Part shown: positions 9,067 to 17,500 of the stretch, one piece after another
How positions within the stretch are numbered: the first letter of the stretch is position 1
Layout: each line of letters starts with the position of its first letter
Origin: a bacterium
Lineage (GTDB): Bacteria; Bacillota_I; Bacilli_A; RF39; UBA660
Assembly: GCA_029007115.1 (NCBI GenBank)
Contig: JAQXHG010000048.1
Span: forward strand, 1-62,160
DNA length: 62,160 nt
Direction of reading: 5' to 3'
Program-made: the position numbers and the translations under genes
The notes under the pieces: generated by a model
The model's database searches: none
Told to the model about the DNA's origin: nothing
What the model saw: the letters and a program-made list of their open reading frames with translations, nothing else

Positions 9067-9705
9067 ATGAAAAAAAGTGATATATTTCTTATAATTACTA
9101 TTATTGTATTTATATTAACATATATTTTTATTAAAATATTTACTTATAAAAGTGAAAAGATATTAAATAATTATGCTAAGAGAAATTCAACTAATATAGT
9201 TACTAATATAATAAATGATTCGATATATGAAGTTTTATATGATAACAATTATGATGATTTAATACAAATTGATAAAAATAATTCCAATGAAATTAATTCA
9301 CTTAATTTTAATAATGTTAAAATTAACAATATATTATATTTAACAACACAAAATATTTTAGAAAATATAAAAGTATTAGAATCAAATAATAATCTAATAT
9401 ATAATGTTCCAATAGGAGTAATATACTCTTTACCTATATTAATTAATATAGGACCTAAAATCCCTTTTAAAATTGATATATTAAGTGATATTAATAGTGA
9501 TGCTGATATTAAAATAAAAGAATATGGAATAAATAATGTAGTAGTTGAAGTTATTTTAAATATAGAACTTAGTGTTCAAGTTATTTTTCCATTTGTTTCT
9601 CAAACACTTAATATAGAAAAACAATTAATATTAGATAGTAAGGTTATACAAGGAAATATTCCAGATTATTATGGAACTTATAGTAGTTTAAAGGATAAAA
9701 GTTAA
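9067..9705 (+). CDS. yunB: Sporulation protein YunB
   Basis: N-terminal TM. The C-terminal block IKEYGINNVVVEVILNIELSVQVIFPF...VIQGNIP matches the conserved YunB core as I remember it from Bacillus. Confidence 0.7.
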   Translation: MKKSDIFLIITIIVFILTYIFIKIFTYKSEKILNNYAKRNSTNIVTNIINDSIYEVLYDNNYDDLIQIDKNNSNEINSLNFNNVKINNILYLTTQNILENIKVLESNNNLIYNVPIGVIYSLPILINIGPKIPFKIDILSDINSDADIKIKEYGINNVVVEVILNIELSVQVIFPFVSQTLNIEKQLILDSKVIQGNIPDYYGTYSSLKDKS

Positions 9706-9760
9706 TGTATTTACTAAGAATAATAAATTTGTTATAATTCAATATGAAAGACAGGTAATT

Positions 9761-10042
9761 ATGGAAATAGAAGTAGAGGAAAATAAATATAAATTAATTA
9801 AAGATTATAAAAATGCTTTTGATGAAGAAATGTTTAAAGAAAGATATACATCTTATTTTGAAAATTATGATTATATTGTTGGGGATATAGCATATTCTAA
9901 ATTAAGACTTAAAGGTTTCAATAAGAAAAGTAATAAGAATGTTAATAAATTTAATAATTATAATAATGTTGAAAAATACATTAAAGAAAATTGTGCTTAT
10001 GGATGCAAATATTTTATTTTAGAAAAAATAACAGAAAAATAA
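9761..10042 (+). CDS. yutD: YutD-like protein (DUF1027)
   Basis: FDEEMFKERYTSYFENYDYIVGDIAYSKLRLKGF matches the YutD signature. Confidence 0.65.
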   Translation: MEIEVEENKYKLIKDYKNAFDEEMFKERYTSYFENYDYIVGDIAYSKLRLKGFNKKSNKNVNKFNNYNNVEKYIKENCAYGCKYFILEKITEK

Positions 10043-10105
10043 TATTAAATTAATTGATATTGTTTTTTTTATGTGATAATATTATATATGATAGAGAGGG
10101 TGCTT

Positions 10106-10360
10106 ATGAATAAGATATCAATTAAGAATATGGATGGTACAATGGAAGAGGTTGACCTAGTAAATGCTTTTAAGATTGGTGAATTAAACAAAAGTTTTGT
10201 CATTTTATCAAAAGGTGAAACTGCTGGTGAAGGAATGAGTAAGATATATATATCTGAATTTGTTGAAAATACTCCAGGAGTATACAGTTTGATTGGTATT
10301 AAAGATGATGATACTTGGAAAAAAGTAAAAGAAGCTATGAAACAAATTGTTGAAAGTTAG
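10106..10360 (+). CDS. DUF1292-like small protein
   Basis: About 85 aa with the pattern 'short N-terminus, D..G...E..L...F......Y.vL, acidic C-terminus with W'. Start moved to ATG 10106, behind GAGAGGG. Confidence 0.45.
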   Translation: MNKISIKNMDGTMEEVDLVNAFKIGELNKSFVILSKGETAGEGMSKIYISEFVENTPGVYSLIGIKDDDTWKKVKEAMKQIVES

Positions 10361-10368
10361 GTGAAATT

Positions 10369-11232
10369 ATGACGAGTGAAGTTGATAACATATTAAAAGG
10401 AAGAGTAGAAGCAACGGTTGAATTTGTTAATTCAAAGAAAGTTATTGGTATATCAAGTGCACACTTAACTCCAAAAGAAGATGGAGTTGTTCCACTTTCA
10501 AAACAGGGTGCATTTATTGTTAATAAAGAAGAACAAACAGCGCAAATAGAAACGTTGGATTTTTCTGATACACCAAAAGAAAGTGGTAATACTGATAGTG
10601 AAGAAGTTAAAGTAGATGCTATACCAGGTTTAAAAACTCCAGAGTTTACGGATGTGGTAGTTGATGCTCCTTTAGAAGTAACAAGTCCAAAAGAACTAAG
10701 TGATTTTAATGTTACCGCAAGTAGTGAAGTTGTAGAAAAGCAAGAGCCACAAACAACTATAGAAGATACTATTGGAACAATAGATATTCAAATGCCACAG
10801 ATGCCAGATACAATAATTGCAGAAGAACCAAAAGAAGTAAATGAGCAGTTATTTGAAATTCCTAGAAATGATAATCCAATAAATGATATCCCAAATGATT
10901 CAAAAGAAGTAAGTACTCCAGATACACTAAATGAGTCATTATCAAATAATGTGGTAAATACTGTAGAAGAAAGTCCTATTGCAGAATCATTAGATGTTGA
11001 TGCTTTAGTAGAACAAAAGCGAAAAGAATTAATGGATGAAATAGATAAAAAAATAAAAGCATATTTAAGTGAAATAAAAGAAATATATAATCATGGAAAA
11101 TTAAATAATAGTACTAAAGTAGAGTCAAATGATGTTAAAGAAGTTCAAACTCAAGAAAATCCTGTTATGAATGATGCATTAGCGCAAATTAATAATATGG
11201 TAATACCAGGAGATAATGGATTAAAATTATAA
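10369..11232 (+). CDS. Acidic E/P/T/V-rich protein, function unknown
   Basis: Uninterrupted 287-codon frame starting 8 nt after the upstream stop. No recognisable motif. Confidence 0.45.
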   Translation: MTSEVDNILKGRVEATVEFVNSKKVIGISSAHLTPKEDGVVPLSKQGAFIVNKEEQTAQIETLDFSDTPKESGNTDSEEVKVDAIPGLKTPEFTDVVVDAPLEVTSPKELSDFNVTASSEVVEKQEPQTTIEDTIGTIDIQMPQMPDTIIAEEPKEVNEQLFEIPRNDNPINDIPNDSKEVSTPDTLNESLSNNVVNTVEESPIAESLDVDALVEQKRKELMDEIDKKIKAYLSEIKEIYNHGKLNNSTKVESNDVKEVQTQENPVMNDALAQINNMVIPGDNGLKL

Positions 11233-11283
11233 TATTTAAACTAATCGAAGTGATTAGTTTTTTTTTATTGAATAATATTTAAT

Positions 11284-12147
11284 ATGAAAGATTTTATATA
11301 TGTTAATTATGGATTAAAAGTAAATAAAATATATAACAATTATTTTTTTGTTGGAAATGATAAAGTATATATTTATAAAACTTTAAAAAATGAAAAAGAA
11401 TTAGAAAAGTTATTTAATATAACAAATGATATGTATACTAAAAGACTTTTAGTTGATACATTTTTAATTAATAAAAATAATAAGTATTATACGAAAAAAG
11501 ATAAAGAAAATATTGTTTTATTAAAAGTAAATGATAGAGATAGTAAAGTAACATTAAAATATTTAATGAAATATATTGATTTTAAATTAGATATTGATGA
11601 GTTTGATATTATAGAATATTGGAAAAACACTATAGATAATATAGAAGAATTATTAGTTGAATATAATAAAGAGCATTTGTTATTACAAGATAGTGTTAAC
11701 TATTTTATTGGAATGTCAGAAAATGCAATTACTCTTATGGATCAATATGAAAAAAGAATATCTAATGATATAGCTCATAATATAAATTATTATAATTATA
11801 GTAATGAAAGTTTTAATAACCCTTTTAATTTTATTAGATTAAATAAGTTATATGATATTTCATTATATATAAAATATAATTTTTATATTGATAATATTGA
11901 TTATGATGAAATTTATAATATTTTAAATAGTATAGATGATGAGTATGATGAAGCATTTTTATTTTCCTGTTTATTATATAGAAATTTCTATTTTGATGTC
12001 GTTTTAAAAATTATAAAAGAAGATGAAGATGATGAAAAGTTAAAACTATTTATAAATAAAATTAAAAAATATGAAGAATTATTATCTTTTTGTCGTCAAA
12101 ATTTAAAAAAGTGTAAATGGTTAGCATTAATAAATTGGTTAAATTAA
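11284..12147 (+). CDS. Hypothetical protein, possibly a degenerate CotS/YutH-like spore-coat kinase fold
   Basis: 287-codon frame. Only a loose architectural resemblance, and no intact kinase motifs seen. Confidence 0.35.
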   Translation: MKDFIYVNYGLKVNKIYNNYFFVGNDKVYIYKTLKNEKELEKLFNITNDMYTKRLLVDTFLINKNNKYYTKKDKENIVLLKVNDRDSKVTLKYLMKYIDFKLDIDEFDIIEYWKNTIDNIEELLVEYNKEHLLLQDSVNYFIGMSENAITLMDQYEKRISNDIAHNINYYNYSNESFNNPFNFIRLNKLYDISLYIKYNFYIDNIDYDEIYNILNSIDDEYDEAFLFSCLLYRNFYFDVVLKIIKEDEDDEKLKLFINKIKKYEELLSFCRQNLKKCKWLALINWLN

Positions 12148-12163
12148 AAATATATGCTATAAT
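12135..12163 (+). promoter_or_regulatory. Promoter of the S1-domain gene (implies a leaderless mRNA)
   Basis: TTGGTT (12135-12140), 17-bp spacer, TG-c-TATAAT (12155-12163). The ATG lies only 6 nt after the -10 element and there is no Shine-Dalgarno sequence. Confidence 0.5.
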
Positions 12164-12169
12164 GAAAAC

Positions 12170-12544
12170 ATGGAAAAGAAATGTCAAAATATAAAAGTAG
12201 GAGAAATTATTAATACTCAAATAACTGGTATAAGCAAATATGGTATATTTGTAAAAGTAGATGATATATATACTGGTATGATACATATATCTGAAATTAC
12301 TGACAAATATGTAAATGATATAGGTAGAATATATGTTATTGGTGAAAGTATTGATGCTAAGATTTTAGAAGTAGATGAAGAAAAAAAGCAATTAAAATTA
12401 TCAACAAAAGAATTAAACAGTGGAAAAAATAAAAGAAAACCTATTAAAGAAGAAGGAAGAGGATTTGAGCCTTTAAAAGAAAATTTGGATAGATGGATTA
12501 ATGAAACCCTTGAAGATTTGAAAAAAAATGAAAAAACAGAATAA
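12170..12544 (+). CDS. S1 RNA-binding-domain protein (YugI / general-stress-protein-13-like)
   Basis: VGEIINTQITGISKYGIFVKVDD..TGMIHISEI...G..I.AKILEVDEEKKQLKLS is a canonical S1 domain. Confidence 0.8.
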   Translation: MEKKCQNIKVGEIINTQITGISKYGIFVKVDDIYTGMIHISEITDKYVNDIGRIYVIGESIDAKILEVDEEKKQLKLSTKELNSGKNKRKPIKEEGRGFEPLKENLDRWINETLEDLKKNEKTE

Positions 12545-12561
12545 AAATTTAACTTTTTGTA

Positions 12562-12590
12562 TTGACATCACTTTTCAGAAATGATATATT
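12562..12590 (+). promoter_or_regulatory. Promoter of the 12-tRNA array
   Basis: TTGACA (12562-12567), 17-bp spacer, TG-a-TATATT (12582-12590). About 24 nt upstream of the first tRNA. Confidence 0.7.
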
Positions 12591-12613
12591 TATAAGCGCA
12601 ACAGAGAAATTAT

Positions 12614-12690
12614 GGGCGATTAGCTCAGTTGGTTAGAGCATCTGCCTTACAAGCAGGGGGTCGGGAGTTCGAGTCTCTCATCGCCCACCA
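12614..12690 (+). tRNA. tRNA-Val (anticodon TAC)
   Basis: Manual cloverleaf: acceptor GGGCGAT/ATCGCCC, anticodon loop CTTACAA, T-loop TTCGAGT, encoded CCA. Confidence 0.9.
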
Positions 12691-12707
12691 TAATTTTATT
12701 TTTTTTC

Positions 12708-12783
<76 letters not shown>

Positions 12784-12788
12784 GTTTT

Positions 12789-12872
12789 GGAGAGATAGCG
12801 AAGAGGCTAAACGCGGCAGACTGTAAATCTGTTCCTTCGGGTTCCATGGTTCGAATCCATGTCTCTCCACCA
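12789..12872 (+). tRNA. tRNA-Tyr (GTA), long variable arm
   Basis: Acceptor GGAGAGA/TCTCTCC, anticodon loop CTGTAAA, class II variable arm, encoded CCA. Confidence 0.9.
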
Positions 12873-12882
12873 CTTGTATTGA

Positions 12883-12958
12883 TGCCTCGTAGCCAAGTGG
12901 TAAGGCACAAGACTTTGACTCTTGCATTCCGCTGGTTCGAATCCAGCCGAGGCAACCA
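12883..12958 (+). tRNA. tRNA-Gln (TTG)
   Basis: Acceptor TGCCTCG/CGAGGCA (U1-A72), anticodon loop CTTTGAC, encoded CCA. Confidence 0.85.
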
Positions 12959-12975
12959 TTTAATTTTAATTATAT

Positions 12976-13051
12976 GTCTCGCTAGCTCAGCCGGTAGAGC
13001 ACTTGACTTTTAATCAAGGGGTCTGGAGTTCGAATCTCCAGCGAGACACCA
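12976..13051 (+). tRNA. tRNA-Lys (TTT)
   Basis: Acceptor GTCTCGC/GCGAGAC, anticodon loop CTTTTAA, encoded CCA. Confidence 0.9.
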
Positions 13052-13056
13052 GGTGT

Positions 13057-13145
13057 GCCTTAGTGGCGGAATAGGTAGACGCACAGGACTTAAAATCCTG
13101 CGAGTGTAAAAGCTCGTGCCGGTTCGACTCCGGCCTGGGGCACCA
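13057..13145 (+). tRNA. tRNA-Leu (TAA), long variable arm
   Basis: Acceptor GCCTTAG/CTGGGGC (two G-U pairs), anticodon loop CTTAAAA, class II variable arm, encoded CCA. Confidence 0.85.
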
Positions 13146-13150
13146 TTTAC

Positions 13151-13243
13151 GGAGGAATACCCAAGTCTGGTTGAAGGGACCGGTCTTGAAAACCGGGAGG
13201 TCGAGAAATCGGCGCAGGGGTTCGAATCCCTTTTCCTCCGCCA
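13151..13243 (+). tRNA. tRNA-Ser (TGA), long variable arm
   Basis: Acceptor GGAGGAA/TTCCTCC, anticodon loop CTTGAAA, class II variable arm, encoded CCA. Confidence 0.9.
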
Positions 13244-13255
13244 TTTATATAATAT

Positions 13256-13332
13256 CGCGGAATGGAGCAATCTGGTAGCTCGCTGGGCTCATAACCCAGA
13301 GGTTGTTGGTTCAAATCCAGCTTCCGCAACCA
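13256..13332 (+). tRNA. Initiator tRNA-fMet (CAT)
   Basis: C1 x A72 mismatch and three G-C pairs closing the anticodon stem (GGG CTCATAA CCC). Both are initiator hallmarks. Encoded CCA. Confidence 0.85.
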
Positions 13333-13333
13333 T

Positions 13334-13409
13334 GGTCCGTTGGTGTAGTGGTTATCACGCTCGCCTGTCACGCGAGAGATCACGGGTTCAAGTCCCGTAC
13401 GGACCGCCA
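13334..13409 (+). tRNA. tRNA-Asp (GTC)
   Basis: Acceptor GGTCCGT/ACGGACC, anticodon loop CTGTCAC. Only a 1-nt spacer from the preceding tRNA. Confidence 0.9.
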
Positions 13410-13412
13410 TGT

Positions 13413-13488
13413 GGCTTCATAGCTCAGTTGGCAGAGCACAAGACTGAAAATCTTGGTGTCGTTGGTTCGATTCCAACTGAAGCCACCA
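13413..13488 (+). tRNA. tRNA-Phe (GAA)
   Basis: Acceptor GGCTTCA/TGAAGCC, anticodon loop CTGAAAA, encoded CCA. Confidence 0.9.
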
Positions 13489-13529
13489 CTTTTTTAATAA
13501 GAAAAATAATAGTGTTGCCTCTAGGATAT

Positions 13530-13606
13530 GCGCTCATAGCTCAATTGGATAGAGCATTTGACTACGGATCAAAAGGTTAGGGGTCCGACTCCTCTTGGGC
13601 GCACCA
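13530..13606 (+). tRNA. tRNA-Arg (ACG) with an atypical T-loop (C at position 55)
   Basis: Acceptor GCGCTCA/TGGGCGC, anticodon loop CTACGGA. The T-loop reads TCCGACT rather than TTCGACT. Confidence 0.85.
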
Positions 13607-13612
13607 TATAAT

Positions 13613-13689
13613 CGGGAAGTGGCTCAACTTGGTAGAGCATTCGGTTTGGGACCGAGGGGTTGCAGGTTCAAATCCTGTCTTCCCGACCA
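13613..13689 (+). tRNA. tRNA-Pro (TGG)
   Basis: Acceptor CGGGAAG/CTTCCCG, anticodon loop TTTGGGA, encoded CCA. Confidence 0.9.
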
Positions 13690-13700
13690 TTTAGAAATTA

Positions 13701-13726
13701 ACATCGACTAATCGATGTTTTTTTGT
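13701..13726 (+). terminator. Terminator of the tRNA array
   Basis: ACATCGA-CTAA-TCGATGT followed by T7. Confidence 0.8.
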
Positions 13727-13822
13727 TTTAGTCATTATTTATAGTTATATATAATCTAATAATTATCAATTTTTTATATAAGAACAAGACTTTATTTTAT
13801 TAAAATTAACACTTAAAAAAGG

Positions 13823-13851
13823 TTGTCATTCTTTAGTATAAATGATAAAAT
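13823..13851 (+). promoter_or_regulatory. Promoter of the Cys-rich exoprotein operon
   Basis: TTGTCA (13823-13828), 17-bp spacer, TG-a-TAAAAT (13843-13851). Confidence 0.6.
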
Positions 13852-13875
13852 ATTATCAGTAATAGTAGGTGAGAT

Positions 13876-14529
13876 ATGAAAAAATTATTGATAGTAATAA
13901 TATGCTTAGTAATTAGTATATGTAGTGTAAAAGCAGAGTGTACTGACACAGATATTTTAAAATGGGCTAAAGAAGTAGAAGTAAAATTTGAAACAAGTGA
14001 TAATATACCAAATGCAGAATATCTATATTATTTATATTTAGAGCCAAGTAGAGATGATATAGAAATACGTTCTACAAATAGTCTATATTCTGGAGTGACA
14101 AAAGGTGCAGTTCAAGAAAATGGAAGATATGGAATTGCGTCATATATTCATTTTGAAGAAAAAACATATACATTAGAAGTTTATATGAAGAAAGATGCGA
14201 AAGTATGTGCTGGAGAACAAATATTAAAATTAAGAAAAACAGTACCTCAGTATAATAGTTATTCAAATACAGCATATTGCTATGAATATCCACAAGCAGA
14301 ATTATGTCAAACAATGTCAGATACAGATGACTTAAGTCAAGAAGAGTTTATAAAACAAATGGAAGAATATGTAGAAGGTCAAATACATAAAGAAAATCCA
14401 AAGAAAGAAAACATAATATTAACAATAATATTTGATTATTTAATATGGATAATCGTACCAGTCTTACTAATTGGAATATTCTATAAGGTAAGAATAAATA
14501 AAGTAAGGAGGGAAAAAGATGCAAAATAA
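13876..14529 (+). CDS. Exported single-pass membrane protein (signal peptide + ectodomain + C-terminal TM), function unknown; operon gene 1
   Basis: Signal peptide MKKLLIVIICLVISICSVKA|E, four ectodomain Cys, C-terminal TM (ILTIIFDYLIWIIVPVLLIGIF) and a basic tail. GTAGGTGAG lies upstream. Confidence 0.6.
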   Translation: MKKLLIVIICLVISICSVKAECTDTDILKWAKEVEVKFETSDNIPNAEYLYYLYLEPSRDDIEIRSTNSLYSGVTKGAVQENGRYGIASYIHFEEKTYTLEVYMKKDAKVCAGEQILKLRKTVPQYNSYSNTAYCYEYPQAELCQTMSDTDDLSQEEFIKQMEEYVEGQIHKENPKKENIILTIIFDYLIWIIVPVLLIGIFYKVRINKVRREKDAK

Positions 14530-17500
14530 AATAACAAAGATAATAACAATAATAATAGTTTTCACTCTATTTGTAAGCACTATAGATGCTTTAGATGTAG
14601 GTACTAAGGTAAGAATTGAAAAAGATGGTAATACATATGTTGTTGTTTCTGTAGAAGATGCAAGTGATAGATGTCCAATTGTAGATAATCCAGATGAGCC
14701 AGATGCTTTTAAAGTTAAATCATCTTATTTTGATACGATAGGTTATACATACGAAAACACTTGTCAACAAGGTGGACAAGTATGTACTGAAACATGGACA
14801 CAGGCAGTAAAAGATAAAACTATCTTTGATGCTATTAATTCGGCATATGGTAATAATGGAGCAAATTCTGAATCAACTGCTGAAGATAGCAATACTACTG
14901 TTGGTGCTGTGGGCGATAAAAATGACACATCTTTGTCAACCATAAGTGATAAATATGTGTCATTTAATAAATCAAAATATAATGTTGTTAAAGTGTATAC
15001 TTCATATCAAGATTATCTAAATTCAATAGGAAATGAATATTATAGTCCAGATGGTACTGATGATATACTGTATGGAGATTATCCTGTAGTATCAGATACT
15101 TCATATTTTACAACTAATGGTGGAATAGCAGCTGCAGCAGCAAAGTTAAAAAATTATGGTTATAGAGTTGTATACTTTGATGAGTGCGTAGGACAAAAAG
15201 CTAGAAAGTGTCAGAAATGGATTCCACCTGAATGTACTTCATGGGGAGAAACAAAAACAGGTGTTCCTTATTGTGTATCTTCGTCACCTGGCTATTATGA
15301 CAAAATTACTAATTATGGATTAAGTGTAACAAAGACTATGTGGCCATCAGAAGAGAATGTGGACAAGGTTACTTTAGAAGATTTTTTTGAAAGAGAAGTC
15401 GAAGATCCTCCTGCGTGTAGTGGAGGTTATACACAAGTTGGTGAAGTAAGCAATTACGGTCATTGTGGAGAAGCTTGGTATAGAGCAAAAACAAAAACTT
15501 GCAAGTGGGTATGTACTAAGTCAGGACCTAGTAAGGTTGAAGTTTATGGCACAAGGTTAGTTATTGATGATGTTGATGCATATTGTGTAACACCTTCAGC
15601 AGGATATAATAAATCTTATGCTTGGGATACTACTTTCGATGCATCAAAATGTAAAAATAGTTTACAAATGTATAAAATTAAAGATGGAAAATCTGTTGCG
15701 GAGTATGATATAGATTGTGGATATGCATATATTCTAGCAGAAGCTAACAGATTAAATAATATAATAAAAGAGCAAACAGGAAAAGAAAATTATTTTAGTT
15801 ATGGTGCAATTGATTTCGCTATGAAATTATTTGGAACAGGTATTACTGGAAATGGAACAGATTTAGGTACTATAACAGGAAAAGAGTATTTACAATCAGG
15901 AGGATATTACACTAGATATTATGGATATTCAGGCTCATACGAATATGTTGGAATACCTTGGATAAGGGATGGTATTGATAGATCTAGCTGGCCATCTATA
16001 TATAGATATTTTTTACCAGATTTTTATAGTATTTATATTAGAACAGCTAGAGTGGCAAGATCATATTTAAGAGGAAATTATAGATTAGCAGATGTTGGAA
16101 ATGTAGAAAAATCTAATATAAATGGTAATGCTTTAACTGAGACTATTGTAAAAGATGGAAAGAGTGTTGAAATGGTAATAGATCCATTTGAATATTTACT
16201 TCCAAGAGAATGTAAAGTTACATTTGATGATTGTACACAATCTGATACTGAATTATCATATAATGATAAATATTCTCAATCTACACTTGATTTGTTTATT
16301 CCAATGGATGATAAAACTTTAGATTATCTTCAAGATGCAGGAAAGAATACTACACAATGTAAAAATCAAAGTGGACTTGGAGTATTATGTGGATTAAAAA
16401 ATGAAAAAGGTAATGCTGAATATATAAAATCATTATACTTATATATAAGAGCACTTCAAGGAAACGAATTAAGATTTGAAGAAAAAGTTGAAGAAAGTAT
16501 TGAACAGTACATACCTGTTGATGGGTTAACAAAAGTACTATATGAGGTAGGTGAAGATGGAGAAGCAAATGCAATAATAAGATATGCAATTGATACTAGA
16601 ATTACAACTGAGTTAATATCTGGAGAAAAAGAAGTAGATTGTGATTGGACTAATGAAGAAACAAAAAATCAATGTGTTGCTCAAATATTTGTATATAATA
16701 GTAATGGACAATTGATTTCTCAATCTGATCACTATGATTATTGTAAAAAGAATTATTGTTATTACAAAGTTGATTCTAAAAAAATTTGTAAAGAAGAGGG
16801 AGTAAATACAAAAATAACTTCAATTGTAGTAACTCCATCAAGTTTAAAGTCTACTACCGTTAAAAAGATAGATAATGGTATTAAAGGACAACAAACAATA
16901 TTTGTATATGATGTTAATTCAAAATTAACTGGAAGTTTTTGTCAATTAATTGAAGCAGTTCAAGAAAATACAACTGTTCAGTGCCCATGTAATTCAAAAG
17001 AACAACCAAATTTAGTAGAGCCAACTGGAAATATAAGTGGAACTAATTATTGTAGTAAAAATTATAATGCATATGATGAATTATTCTATGGAGATCCTAG
17101 TATAAGTACAATAATAAATGCTTGTTATGAAGAAGATAAATTAAAATATGATTTTACAGATGATTTAAATGCAAATGGAAATGATATAATGTATCAAGCA
17201 GAATTAGAATCAAGATATTCATTCCAAAAACAGAGTGATGACTTTGGAGTATGTAAGTTATATTGTAGAGATGAAACAAGATTCTATATTGGAAATAAAC
17301 TATCTGTAAAAGCAGGACAAAATTTAAGATATGATATAGGGCAAACATTAATAGATAAAAAGATAATAAATGAAACAGCAAAAGATAAGGGTAACTTAGA
17401 TGGTAAAGATAGAAATACTCAACATAATTATATGCCAAGTGTTGTACTACAATTAAGAGAATGTACATCAGAAATAGATTATAAGAAGTGGGAGACATTA

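Noticed and set aside
15540-15760. Possible thioester-domain motif (VDAYCVTPSAGY) in the giant protein.
   Set aside because: The Cys is followed by V-T rather than the hydrophobic residue plus D/N/E/Q context I associate with Cys-Gln thioester adhesins. I also see no matching Q-x-x-x-W partner motif. It cannot be supported from sequence inspection.
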